DNA of 63,019 nucleotides, filler included. It is 3 parts of 3 records of this genome, joined end to end, with 100 filler letters (N's around TTAATTAATTAA, not from the genome) between each part and the next. Parts side by side here need not be neighbours in the genome. Positions count along the whole stretch, not along the records: positions 45,970 to 63,019 come from DRR723986_14693; 2 more parts are not named here. The stretch is one strand, 5' to 3'. This document shows, in pieces, positions 49,997 to 59,882 of the stretch. Both the position numbers and the translations under genes were made by a program. The notes under the pieces were generated by a model. The model was not told the origin of the DNA. It worked only from the letters and a program-made list of their open reading frames with translations, and did not search any database. The stretch's first letter is position 1. Each line of letters starts with the position of its first letter.

Positions 49997-50950
49997 TTAT
50001 TTTCTTTTAAGTACCTTTTTTGCTGCAGCAACAATTGCTTCACTATTTAAACCATACTTATCCATAAGTTGAGCAGGTGTGCCAGATTCACCAAAAGTGT
50101 CATTGGTTGCTACAAACTCTTGTGGTGTTGGTTTATGCTTGGCTAAAACCCTTGCTACACTTTCTCCTAAACCTCCAAGATAGTTGTGTTCTTCTGCGGT
50201 AACTATACAGCCAGTTTTAGAAACAGAGTCTAAGATAGCTTTATCGTCAAGAGGTTTAATAGTATGAATATTAATTACTTCTGCACTAATACCGTTTTCT
50301 TTTAAGGCTTTAGCAGCTTCTAACGCTTCCCAAACTAAATGTCCTGTAGCGACAATGGTGACATCATTACCTTCAGTAAATTGTACAGCTTTACCAATTT
50401 TAAACTCACCATTCTCAGGAGTGAAATTTGCTACTTTTGGTCTACCAAATCTTAAGTAAACAGGTCCATTGTGTTCTGCAATTGCTAATGTTGCTGCTTT
50501 GGTCTGATTGAAATCACAAGTATTTATAACTGTCATACCTGGTAACATTTTCATAAGACCAATGTCTTCAAGTATTTGATGTGTTGCACCATCTTCTCCT
50601 AAAGTAATACCTGCATGAGAGGCACAAATTTTTACATTCTTACCAGAATAGGCAACACTTTGTCTAATTTGGTCGTAAACTCTACCTGTAGAGAAATTGG
50701 CAAATGTCCCTGTAAATGGAATTTTTCCGCCAATAGTCATACCAGCTGCAATACCAATCATATTCGCTTCAGCAATTCCAACTTGAAAAAATCGTTCCGG
50801 ATGATTAGCTTTAAATTCATCCATTTTTAATGAGCCAGTTAAATCTGCGCAAAGAGCAACAACATTTTTGTTGGTTTTTCCAAGTTCTGTAAGTCCAGCT
50901 CCGAATCCTGATCTTGTGTCTTTATTTCCTGTATTTGTGTATGTTTTCAT
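49997..50950 (-). CDS. Transketolase, C-terminal subunit
   Basis: GIAEANM, GEDGATHQ, GPVYLR, TIKPLD, EEH. Confidence 0.92.
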   Translation of the reverse strand: MKTYTNTGNKDTRSGFGAGLTELGKTNKNVVALCADLTGSLKMDEFKANHPERFFQVGIAEANMIGIAAGMTIGGKIPFTGTFANFSTGRVYDQIRQSVAYSGKNVKICASHAGITLGEDGATHQILEDIGLMKMLPGMTVINTCDFNQTKAATLAIAEHNGPVYLRFGRPKVANFTPENGEFKIGKAVQFTEGNDVTIVATGHLVWEALEAAKALKENGISAEVINIHTIKPLDDKAILDSVSKTGCIVTAEEHNYLGGLGESVARVLAKHKPTPQEFVATNDTFGESGTPAQLMDKYGLNSEAIVAAAKKVLKRK

Positions 50951-50970
50951 TGTTTGTGTTTGATTGATGA

Positions 50971-51816
50971 TTAATAATCTCCTAAAGTTTCAGCATTTTG
51001 AGCTAATCCTGTCGCTAGTTGCTCATCATTTGGTGCTTTACCGTGCCAAGCATGTGTGTGCATCATAAAGTCTACACCATTACCCATTACTGTTTGTAAT
51101 AGTACACAAACTGGTTTTCCGTTTCCAGCCTGCGATTTTGCTTCAGCCATTCCATCTAAAATTGATGCAACATCATTACCATTTTCAATCTCTACGACTA
51201 ACCAACCAAACGCTTCAAATTTTGCCTTTAAATTACCCATAGGTAATACATTATCTGTTGAACCGTCTATTTGTTGTCCATTAACATCAATAGTAGAAAT
51301 GAGATTATCTATTTTATTACCAGAAGCATACATAATGGCTTCCCAATTTTGTCCTTCTTGTAATTCACCATCTCCATGTAGACTATACACTAATTTACTG
51401 TCCTTATTTAATTTTTTAGCTTCTGCCGCACCAATCGCAACAGACATGCCTTGTCCTAAAGAACCAGATGCAATTCTTACTCCAGGTAATCCTTCGTGGG
51501 TCGTTGGGTGACCTTGTAATCTCGAGTCAATTAATCTAAACGTATTTAACTCATCAACAGGAAAATAACCAGATCTGGCTAATACACTATAGTAGACCGG
51601 TGAAATGTGGCCATTAGATAAGAAAAATAAGTCTTCACCAATGCCATCCATATCAAAAGCATCCTTAGTTTCTATAATTTCTTGGTAAAGGGTTACAAAA
51701 AATTCAGCACAACCTAATGAACCGCCTGGATGACCAGAATTCACCTTATGTACCATTCGTAGTATATCTCTACGAACCTGAGTAGTTAAATCTTCTAATT
51801 GTTGAATGTTTGGCAT
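50971..51816 (-). CDS. Transketolase, N-terminal (TPP-binding) subunit
   Basis: SGHPGGSL, LSNGH, LQGHP, GSLGQG, GDGELQEG..WEA; TATTTTTG element at 51841-51848 (-). Confidence 0.92.
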   Translation of the reverse strand: MPNIQQLEDLTTQVRRDILRMVHKVNSGHPGGSLGCAEFFVTLYQEIIETKDAFDMDGIGEDLFFLSNGHISPVYYSVLARSGYFPVDELNTFRLIDSRLQGHPTTHEGLPGVRIASGSLGQGMSVAIGAAEAKKLNKDSKLVYSLHGDGELQEGQNWEAIMYASGNKIDNLISTIDVNGQQIDGSTDNVLPMGNLKAKFEAFGWLVVEIENGNDVASILDGMAEAKSQAGNGKPVCVLLQTVMGNGVDFMMHTHAWHGKAPNDEQLATGLAQNAETLGDY

Positions 51817-51956
51817 GTTATATTGCTTAAATTAATGGCACAAAAATAGTTTTTTAAAAGCCTCTTGCAAAAGCAGATTGATGTCACTTATTAACGATTT
51901 TGAGGATTTGCTAACAATTTTAAATTTAATTAAGACTTCAATGTATTTGAGTTATT

Positions 51957-51964
51957 TATATTTG
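51957..51964 (+). promoter_or_regulatory. Bacteroidota -7 promoter element for tgt
   Basis: TATATTTG ending 20 nt before the tgt ATG. Confidence 0.65.
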
Positions 51965-51983
51965 CTAACAGACTTACTATTTA

Positions 51984-53114
51984 ATGAATTTTAAACGTTT
52001 AGCAACAGATATAGCAACCAAGGCAAGAGCAGGAGAAATAACCACAGATCATGGTAAAATTGAAACTCCGATTTTTATGCCAGTTGGTACTGTGGCTTCT
52101 GTTAAGGGAGTACATCAACGCGAACTTAAGAATGATATTAATCCAGATATAATTTTGGGTAACACCTATCATTTATTTTTAAGACCACAAACACCTATTT
52201 TAGAGAAAGCAGGTGGTCTTCATAAGTTTATGAATTGGGATAGAAATATTCTAACAGATTCAGGTGGTTATCAGGTGTATTCATTGTCGGCAAATCGAAA
52301 AATTAAGGAGGAAGGTGTGAAGTTTAAATCTCATATAGATGGTAGTTATCATGTTTTTACTCCTGAAAACGTAATGGAGATTCAGCGAAGCATCGGAGCA
52401 GATATTATTATGGCTTTTGATGAATGTACACCATATCCTTGCGACTATAACTATGCTAAACGCTCTATGCACATGACACATCGATGGCTAGAACGTTGTT
52501 TAGAGCATTTAAAAAAGACTCCGTTTAAATACGATTATTCACAAACTTTTTTCCCAATTGTACAAGGAAGTACCTATAAGGACCTGAGGAAACAATCGGC
52601 AGAATATATCGCAAATGCTGGTGCTGAAGGTAATGCTATAGGTGGTTTATCAGTTGGTGAACCAGCAGAGGAGATGTATGAAATGACAGATGTGGTTTGT
52701 AGTATTCTACCGGAAGATAAGCCTAGATATTTAATGGGAGTTGGGACACCAATCAATATATTAGAGAATATTGCGTTAGGTGTAGACATGTTCGATTGTG
52801 TTATGCCCACGCGTAATGCAAGAAATGGAATGCTTTTTACAGCACACGGAACAATAAATATTAAAAATCTTAAATGGGCAGATGATTTTTCACCTATCGA
52901 TGACATGGGAATTACTTTTGTAGATACCGAATATAGTAAAGCCTATTTAAGACATTTGTTTACTGTAAATGAATTATTAGGTAAGCAAATTGCAACAATT
53001 CATAATTTAGGGTTTTATTTATGGTTGGTACGTGAAGCAAGAAAACATATTATTGCAGGAGATTTTAGTACTTGGAAAAATAAAATGGTAAAACAAATGG
53101 ATAAGAGATTATAA
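51984..53114 (+). CDS. tgt: Queuine tRNA-ribosyltransferase
   Basis: TPIFMPVGT, NTYHL, TDSGGYQV, DEC, GGLSVGE, YLMGVG, DMFDCV.PTRNARNG. Confidence 0.97.
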   Translation: MNFKRLATDIATKARAGEITTDHGKIETPIFMPVGTVASVKGVHQRELKNDINPDIILGNTYHLFLRPQTPILEKAGGLHKFMNWDRNILTDSGGYQVYSLSANRKIKEEGVKFKSHIDGSYHVFTPENVMEIQRSIGADIIMAFDECTPYPCDYNYAKRSMHMTHRWLERCLEHLKKTPFKYDYSQTFFPIVQGSTYKDLRKQSAEYIANAGAEGNAIGGLSVGEPAEEMYEMTDVVCSILPEDKPRYLMGVGTPINILENIALGVDMFDCVMPTRNARNGMLFTAHGTINIKNLKWADDFSPIDDMGITFVDTEYSKAYLRHLFTVNELLGKQIATIHNLGFYLWLVREARKHIIAGDFSTWKNKMVKQMDKRL

Positions 53115-53117
53115 GCA

Positions 53118-54194
53118 TTGAAAATATTAGACTGGTACATATTAAAGCGTTATTTATTTACATTTTTGATGATGTTGCTATTGTTTATTCCAATTGGTAT
53201 AACGGTAGACCTTGCCGAGAAAATCGGTAAAATTTTAGAGAATAAAGCGCCATTTGGAGAGGTTACATCTTATTATGTGGATTTTACAGTCTATTTTGCC
53301 AATCTATTATTCCCTTTGTTTTTATTTCTTTCTGTTATTTGGTTTACATCTAAGTTAGCAAACAATACTGAAATTGTTGCTTTTTTAAGTTCTGGTGTTT
53401 CCTTTACTAGATTTTTAAGACCTTATCTTATTGGTGCCACATTGGTAGCTGGTTTTGCACTTGTTTTAGGTATGTATTTGGCACCTTATGCTAGTCAGGG
53501 TTTTAATGAATTTAAATTTAAATACTTAAAGAAAAATAAAAGAGTTCAACAAACTAATCATATTTATAGACAAATAAATGATAATGATTATATATACGTG
53601 AGTAGTTTTATACCTCGCAGTAAATCTGGCATGAACTTTACTTATGAGCATTTTGAAGGCAATGAGTTGAAGTATAAAATCTTTGCAGATAATATTAGAT
53701 ATGTTGATAAAGATTCGAGTTACAGATTAATTGGTTATACAAAACGAAGTTTTGAAAATGGAATAGAAACCATAGAAACTAAAAGAAGGCAAAACATGAA
53801 ATTTCCTTTTGAACTTGAAGATTTAACACCTGTTGAATATGCTGCAGAAACAAAAACTTATGGCGAATTATTAGATTTTATCGCAGCTGAAAAAAGACGA
53901 GGATCATCAAATATTGGTCGATATGAAGTGGTTAAGCTAAAGAAATGGAGTTTGCCTGTTTCAATTTATATTCTAACCATAATAGCAGTAGCGGTTTCTT
54001 CGGTAAAGCGAAGAGGTGGTATGGGAGTTAATCTGGCAGTGGGTATCGCTATTGCTATGATTTATGTATTCTTTGATAAGATTTTTGGTGTTATGGCAGA
54101 ACAGTCTAATTTTCCTGCCATCGTCGCGGTATGGCTTCCTAATGTAATATTTGGTATTTTAGCAGTATACCTCCTTCAAAATGCCAAACGCTAA
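53118..54194 (+). CDS. LptF/LptG family LPS export permease
   Basis: ILDWYI, NTEIVAFLSSG.S..R..RP, WLPN; TTG start. Confidence 0.9.
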   Translation: MKILDWYILKRYLFTFLMMLLLFIPIGITVDLAEKIGKILENKAPFGEVTSYYVDFTVYFANLLFPLFLFLSVIWFTSKLANNTEIVAFLSSGVSFTRFLRPYLIGATLVAGFALVLGMYLAPYASQGFNEFKFKYLKKNKRVQQTNHIYRQINDNDYIYVSSFIPRSKSGMNFTYEHFEGNELKYKIFADNIRYVDKDSSYRLIGYTKRSFENGIETIETKRRQNMKFPFELEDLTPVEYAAETKTYGELLDFIAAEKRRGSSNIGRYEVVKLKKWSLPVSIYILTIIAVAVSSVKRRGGMGVNLAVGIAIAMIYVFFDKIFGVMAEQSNFPAIVAVWLPNVIFGILAVYLLQNAKR

Positions 54195-55089
54195 ACTTAA
54201 ACATTATTTACATTTACACTTACTGGTTTTTATAGCTGGTTTTACAGCAATCCTTGGTGAATTAATTACCATTGGTGCATTAGCCTTAGTTTGGTATCGT
54301 ATGGCTATAGCAGGTATATTGATGTTTTTATACATTAAAATTATTAAGTTAAATGTTAAAATCACTACGAAGGCCTTTTGGCAGTTTTCGGCTGCAGGTG
54401 TTATAATTGCATTGCATTGGATTACGTTTTTCGAAGCAATTAATCAAGCGAATGTTTCTATTGCCTTAGCTATGTTCTCTTCAGGAGCATTTTTTGCGAG
54501 TTTTATTGAACCAATTTTTTTTAAACGTCGAATTTTGGCCTATGAAATTATATTTGGTTTATTCGTTATACTCGGCGTCGTTTTAATAACAAGTAGTGAA
54601 ATGGGCTACATTAATGGTATTATCCTGGGACTTTTGTCGGCCTTATTTTCAACTTTGTTTGCGGTTATAAATGGTAGATTTATAGAAAGATATAATGCAA
54701 CAATTATTTCATTTTATGAATTTATAAGTGGAGTTGTATTCTTAACAGCATTTATACTCTTGACAGGTAGTCGATTTAATTCAGAATTTTTTACACTATC
54801 AGATTCTGATTGGATTTATATTTTTATTCTGGCATCCGTTTGTACGGCCTATGCATTTATAGGAGCAGTTGAGGTAATGCGTTATATAAGTCCTTTTACG
54901 GTAATATTAAGTTATAATTTAGAGCCTATTTATGGTATAGCCATTGCTCTTGTTTTATTTCCAGAGACAGAAAAAATGTCGCCACAATTTTATATCGGTG
55001 CTATTCTGGTTTTGGTTACCGTTTTATTAGATGCTGTTTTTAAAAACTATAAAAGACGCAGACAAAATACCAATAGTATTACCAATTAA
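54181..55089 (+). CDS. DMT/EamA family transporter
   Basis: About 10 TM helices, GFTAILG, HWITFF, LEPIYG. Confidence 0.88.
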   Translation: MPNAKLKHYLHLHLLVFIAGFTAILGELITIGALALVWYRMAIAGILMFLYIKIIKLNVKITTKAFWQFSAAGVIIALHWITFFEAINQANVSIALAMFSSGAFFASFIEPIFFKRRILAYEIIFGLFVILGVVLITSSEMGYINGIILGLLSALFSTLFAVINGRFIERYNATIISFYEFISGVVFLTAFILLTGSRFNSEFFTLSDSDWIYIFILASVCTAYAFIGAVEVMRYISPFTVILSYNLEPIYGIAIALVLFPETEKMSPQFYIGAILVLVTVLLDAVFKNYKRRRQNTNSITN

Positions 55090-55094
55090 GTTTT

Positions 55095-55102
55095 TATATT
55101 TG
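55095..55102 (+). promoter_or_regulatory. Bacteroidota -7 promoter element for accA
   Basis: TATATTTG followed by an A-rich leader lacking a Shine-Dalgarno. Confidence 0.65.
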
Positions 55103-55138
55103 TAACCTAAACTAACTAAAAAAACAACTTCAAATTGT

Positions 55139-56092
55139 ATGGAATATTTAGAGTTTGAACTACCAATAAAAGAGCTAGAAGAGCAACTAGATAAGTGCCA
55201 AATAATAGGCGAAGAAAGTGATGTAGACGTAACTGAAACTTGTAAGCAGATTGAGAAGAAATTAGCCGAAACCAAAAAGGAGATTTATAAAAATCTTACA
55301 GCATGGCAACGCGTGCAATTATCACGTCATCCTAATAGACCTTATACATTAGACCATATAAAAGCACTTTGTGGCGACTCATTTTTAGAGTTACATGGAG
55401 ACAGAAATGTTAAGGATGATAAAGCGATGATTGGTGGCTTAGGAAAAATAGGAGACCAGTCGTACATGTTTATTGGGCAGCAAAAAGGATTTAATACCAA
55501 AACGAGACAATATCGTAACTTCGGAATGTCTAATCCAGAGGGTTATCGCAAAGCATTGCGCCTTATGAAATCTGCTGAAAAATTTGGTATTCCGGTAGTT
55601 ACTTTAATTGATACACCAGGTGCATATCCTGGTCTCGAAGCAGAAGAACGTGGCCAAGGAGAAGCAATAGCGCGTAATATATTAGAAATGACACGCCTTA
55701 AAGTACCAATTATTACAGTTATAATTGGAGAAGGCGCTTCTGGTGGTGCATTAGGAATAGGTGTAGGTGATAAAGTATTAATGTTAGAGAATACATGGTA
55801 TTCGGTTATTTCTCCAGAATCTTGCTCTTCAATATTATGGAGAAGCTGGGAATATAAAGAGCAGGCTGCCGAAGTCTTGAAACTAACGGCTAAAGACATG
55901 AAGCGCATGAAGTTAGTAGATCAAATACTCAAAGAACCACTTGGTGGAGCACATACAGATAGGGAGAAAACTTTTACTACCATAAGAGACGCCATAGTTA
56001 AATCATATGATGAACTTAAAAACTTATCACCAAAAGAATTGGTAAATCAGCGTATGAGTAAGTACTTTGATATGGGAGTTTATAAAGACTAA
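55139..56092 (+). CDS. accA: Acetyl-CoA carboxylase carboxyltransferase alpha subunit
   Basis: [43 protein letters not shown]. Confidence 0.97.
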   Translation: MEYLEFELPIKELEEQLDKCQIIGEESDVDVTETCKQIEKKLAETKKEIYKNLTAWQRVQLSRHPNRPYTLDHIKALCGDSFLELHGDRNVKDDKAMIGGLGKIGDQSYMFIGQQKGFNTKTRQYRNFGMSNPEGYRKALRLMKSAEKFGIPVVTLIDTPGAYPGLEAEERGQGEAIARNILEMTRLKVPIITVIIGEGASGGALGIGVGDKVLMLENTWYSVISPESCSSILWRSWEYKEQAAEVLKLTAKDMKRMKLVDQILKEPLGGAHTDREKTFTTIRDAIVKSYDELKNLSPKELVNQRMSKYFDMGVYKD

Positions 56093-56111
56093 ATCCAATA
56101 TACATAGGCAA

Positions 56112-56149
56112 CTAAAAAAAACTGAAGTTTTAGCTTCGGTTTTTTTTAG
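56112..56149 (+). terminator. Intrinsic terminator after accA
   Basis: CTAAAAAAAACTGAAG-TTTTAG-CTTCGGTTTTTTTTAG. Confidence 0.8.
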
Positions 56150-56261
56150 GGCTATTAACAATAATTCAGAGTTATTAACAGTTAAATTGTTAACTTTATG
56201 TTGAGAACGGAAAACGTAAATCATACCGTTCGTCGATACTATTTAGCTACTTTTGTTTTAT

Positions 56262-57794
56262 ATGAAACAACCCAATCCAATACAAGGTTATAAAGTCGAT
56301 AAAAGCACTATTATAAGCTTAGAAAAAGGTAAAATACCACCTCAATCTATTGATTTAGAGGAAGTTGTGCTTGGAGCGATGATGATTGATAAAAAGGGTG
56401 TTGATGAGGTTATAGATATTTTAAGCCCTGAAGCTTTTTACAAAGATTCCCATAAATACATATTTGAGGCAATTTTCAAATTATTTGAAAATAGTGAGCC
56501 TATTGACTTATTAACTGTTTCTAGCCAGTTAAAAAAAGATGAAAAACTAGATCTTGTTGGAGGTGATTTTTATCTGATTTCATTGACGCAACGCGTGTCT
56601 TCTTCGGCACATATTGAGTTTCATGCTAGGATTATATTACAAAAGTATATTCAGCGTAGCTTAATTAAGATTTCTAATGAAATTATTGAAGAGGCATACG
56701 ATGAAACTAAAGATGTATTTGATCTTTTGGACAATGCAGAGGCTAAATTATACGAGGTTACACAAGGCAATGTTAAAAAGTCTACAGAAACGGCACAAAG
56801 TTTAGTTATTCAGGCCAAAAAGAAGATTGAAGAAATATCTAATAAAGAAGGATTAAGTGGTATACCAACAGGGTTTGATAAATTAGATAAACTAACTTCG
56901 GGCTGGCAGCCAAGTGATTTAATTATTGTTGCTGCAAGACCAGGTATGGGTAAGACAGCGCTTACCTTAACAATGGCAAGAAACATTGCCGTAGACTTTA
57001 ATCAACCAGTAGCATTTTTCTCATTAGAGATGTCTTCCGTTCAATTAATTACGCGATTAATTTCGAGTGAAACGGGCTTATCTTCTGAGAAATTGAGAAC
57101 AGGTAAGTTAGAAAAGCACGAATGGGAACAGCTTAATGTAAAAGTAAAAACCTTAGAACAAGCTCCTCTGTTTATTGATGACACGCCATCACTTTCAATA
57201 TTTGATTTAAGAGCAAAAGCAAGACGATTGGCTTCACAATATGGTATCAAGGTTATAATGATTGATTATTTGCAGTTAATGACGGCTGGTGGAAGTCAAA
57301 AAGGAGGAAATAGAGAGCAAGAAATTTCTATGATTTCACGTAATCTAAAAGCTTTAGCAAAAGAATTGAATGTGCCTGTAATTGCATTATCACAGTTATC
57401 ACGTGCTGTTGAAACTCGTGGAGGAAGTAAGCGTCCATTACTTTCAGATTTGCGCGAATCTGGTGCTATTGAGCAAGATGCCGATATTGTTTCATTCATT
57501 TATAGACCAGAATATTATAAGATTGATGAATGGGATGATGAAGAACGCTCACCAACCGAAGGTCAAGGTGAATTTATTGTTGCAAAGCATAGAAATGGTG
57601 GTTTAGACAATATTAGATTAAAATTCATAGGTCATCTAGGTAAGTTTGATAATCTCGACGATTTTGACACATCTTTTGGAGAGTTTCATTCTAAGATGAA
57701 TGCAGCAGCAAATGACGATACATTTAAGCCAGATAATTTCCCTTCTGCTTCCGACGCCTTCGATGGACCAGAGGATGATGGTGTTCCTTTTTAA
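56262..57794 (+). CDS. dnaB: Replicative DNA helicase
   Basis: PPQ..DLEE.VLG, AARPGMGKT, FSLEM, IDYLQL, LSQLSRAVE, SDLRESGAIEQDAD; no intein; ATG 56262 preferred because TTG 56253 lies inside a TACTTTTG promoter element. Confidence 0.97.
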   Translation: MKQPNPIQGYKVDKSTIISLEKGKIPPQSIDLEEVVLGAMMIDKKGVDEVIDILSPEAFYKDSHKYIFEAIFKLFENSEPIDLLTVSSQLKKDEKLDLVGGDFYLISLTQRVSSSAHIEFHARIILQKYIQRSLIKISNEIIEEAYDETKDVFDLLDNAEAKLYEVTQGNVKKSTETAQSLVIQAKKKIEEISNKEGLSGIPTGFDKLDKLTSGWQPSDLIIVAARPGMGKTALTLTMARNIAVDFNQPVAFFSLEMSSVQLITRLISSETGLSSEKLRTGKLEKHEWEQLNVKVKTLEQAPLFIDDTPSLSIFDLRAKARRLASQYGIKVIMIDYLQLMTAGGSQKGGNREQEISMISRNLKALAKELNVPVIALSQLSRAVETRGGSKRPLLSDLRESGAIEQDADIVSFIYRPEYYKIDEWDDEERSPTEGQGEFIVAKHRNGGLDNIRLKFIGHLGKFDNLDDFDTSFGEFHSKMNAAANDDTFKPDNFPSASDAFDGPEDDGVPF

Positions 57795-57866
57795 CAACAA
57801 TTTAAATAGATAGAGATTCTTTTTTAGCCTATCTTTGTCATTCGTCAAATTATTGAATGTTGCCTC

Positions 57867-58913
57867 ATGTTAAACGAAAGAAGAACAACAAATATCTTGT
57901 TGTTAATTATCGCGATACCTCTTGTATTTTATTTACTTAAAATCCTTTCCTTCATTTTTATTCCACTCATTTTTTCAATGTTTATTGCATTGTTATTTTT
58001 ACCTCTTATGAGATGGTTGGGAAGACGTAAAGTTCCTAAAGTTTTAAGTATATTAATTGTATTGTTATTAGTTGCTGGTGGTTTAAAAATAGGTTTTGAA
58101 CTAGTGCAACTTTCAAGCAAAGAAATATTAGCTACAAAATCAGAGTTTTTTCCAAAAGTAGAAGAAAAATTAGCGAGTTTGAAAATTTATTTATCTGATA
58201 GTTTTGGTATTGAATTTGAGGAAAATCAAAACTTTTTAGCCCAGTTTTTTCAAAAAGACAACTTAGGTGATACCATTGGATTTCTTCGCAAGTTTTTAAC
58301 AACCTTGCTAATGACAGCCTTTTTTGTAGTATTGTGGCTAGCTGAGTCCATAAATGTCCATAAACTATTAAATAATACATTATTAAAACAAAAACATACA
58401 TCTATAAAGGCTTTCATGAAAATTGAAAAAGACCTTATTAAATTTATTAAGGTAAAGTTTTTAGTTAGTGCTTTAACTGGATTATTTACAGGATTAATGT
58501 GTGTTTTCTTTGATGTTAGTTTTCCTATTTTCTGGGGAATTTTTGCATTCGCAATAAACTTTGTGCAAATGGTTGGTTCTTTTATTTCTGTAATATTATT
58601 ATCAATTTTTGCTTTTGTAGAGTTAGACCCAACGAGTGCATTGTTTTTCTTTGTATTATCTATAACGTTAGTCCAAGTTGTTTTTGGAGCTATTTTAGAG
58701 CCTATTTTTATGGGTAAATCCTTCTCAATAAATATTATTGCAGTACTTGTAATGCTTATGTTTTGGGGCTTTTTATGGGGAATTCCAGGTTTAATAATGG
58801 CAATACCAATCACCGTATTTATTAAAATAATATTAGAACAGTTTCCAAGTACAAAAATTATAGCTAGTCTACTCTCTGGCAAAGAAACTGAAATAGAAAA
58901 ATTTAGTCGCTAG
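57867..58913 (+). CDS. AI-2E family transporter
   Basis: FIPL..S.FIALL..P, LEPIFMGK, FWGFLWGIPGLIMAIP; TATCTTTG element at 57830-57837. Confidence 0.88.
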   Translation: MLNERRTTNILLLIIAIPLVFYLLKILSFIFIPLIFSMFIALLFLPLMRWLGRRKVPKVLSILIVLLLVAGGLKIGFELVQLSSKEILATKSEFFPKVEEKLASLKIYLSDSFGIEFEENQNFLAQFFQKDNLGDTIGFLRKFLTTLLMTAFFVVLWLAESINVHKLLNNTLLKQKHTSIKAFMKIEKDLIKFIKVKFLVSALTGLFTGLMCVFFDVSFPIFWGIFAFAINFVQMVGSFISVILLSIFAFVELDPTSALFFFVLSITLVQVVFGAILEPIFMGKSFSINIIAVLVMLMFWGFLWGIPGLIMAIPITVFIKIILEQFPSTKIIASLLSGKETEIEKFSR

Positions 58914-58964
58914 ATAATGTACAATACTAATTTTAAGTATCTTTCTACTTAAAAATTTTTGTAT

Positions 58965-59882
58965 ATGGTTCATGGTACTCATAATGCTATAGAGGATTCT
59001 AGAAACAACAATATTTTAATAGCAATAAACGACGAACTTTTCACAAGAAATGATGCCAAGATATCTGTTTTTGATAGTGGGTATTTAGTCGGTGACGGAG
59101 TGTGGGAAGCGCTCAGGCTACATCACGGAAAATTAGTCTTTTTAGAAGATCATTTTAATAGGTTATGGCAATCTGCGGCAACCATTGGAATGCGTTTGCC
59201 ATTCACAAAGAAGGAGCTCACCGATAAAGTTTGGACTGTATTGCATGCCAATAAAATGTCAGATGGAGTTCACGTTAGAATTATGTTGACTCGTGGTATA
59301 AAAAAAACACCTTCTCAAGATCCAAGATTGACCATTTCTGGACCAAATGTGGTAATTATTCCAGAGTTTAAAGAGGCTTCAAAATCTTCCAAAGAAAAAG
59401 GAATCACGCTCTTTACTAGTACTGTGAGGAGAGGTTCACCAGATTATTTAGATCCAAGATTAAATTGTCATAGTAAATTACACGAAGTACAGGCATTAAT
59501 ACAAGCTATAGAAGCTGGTGCTGATGAAGCACTGATGCTTGATGTTAATGGATTTGTATCAACCTGTAATGCAACTAATTTTTTTATTGTTAGAAACAAT
59601 GAGGTTTGGACTTCTACCAGTAAATATTGCATGAATGGAATAACGAGAGCAAAAGTTCTCCAAGTTTGTAAAGAAAATAATATTCCACATTTAGAAAAAG
59701 ACTTTTCACTCTTTGATGTTTATGGCGCAGATGAAGCTTTTGTTACTGGTACCTTCGGTGGCTTAACTCCTGTTACCAAAATAGATGGTAGACAAATTGG
59801 TAAAGGTAAATTTGGTGAAATGACTAAGAATCTGAGCAATTTGTATGAAAAATTAATAGAAAAAGAGGTTGAAAATGGATAA
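58965..59882 (+). CDS. Fold-type IV PLP-dependent aminotransferase-like protein (atypical active site)
   Basis: ISVFDSG…GDGVWE, HFNRL, GITR, DEAFVTGT; DPRLNCHSKL in place of the usual PxxKSxNY. Confidence 0.88.
   Translation: MVHGTHNAIEDSRNNNILIAINDELFTRNDAKISVFDSGYLVGDGVWEALRLHHGKLVFLEDHFNRLWQSAATIGMRLPFTKKELTDKVWTVLHANKMSDGVHVRIMLTRGIKKTPSQDPRLTISGPNVVIIPEFKEASKSSKEKGITLFTSTVRRGSPDYLDPRLNCHSKLHEVQALIQAIEAGADEALMLDVNGFVSTCNATNFFIVRNNEVWTSTSKYCMNGITRAKVLQVCKENNIPHLEKDFSLFDVYGADEAFVTGTFGGLTPVTKIDGRQIGKGKFGEMTKNLSNLYEKLIEKEVENG

Noticed and set aside
49997-51816. Transketolase in two ORFs as a possible frameshift or pseudogene
   Set aside because: Two-subunit transketolases are an established family; both ORFs have clean starts and stops 20 nt apart
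56262-57794. Intein in DnaB
   Set aside because: Helicase motifs are contiguous and the length is ordinary
58250-58882. 210-aa minus-strand ORF; also long antisense ORFs in the ribosomal cluster such as 44062-44667 and 40113-40613
   Set aside because: Fully opposite well-supported genes; explained by codon bias
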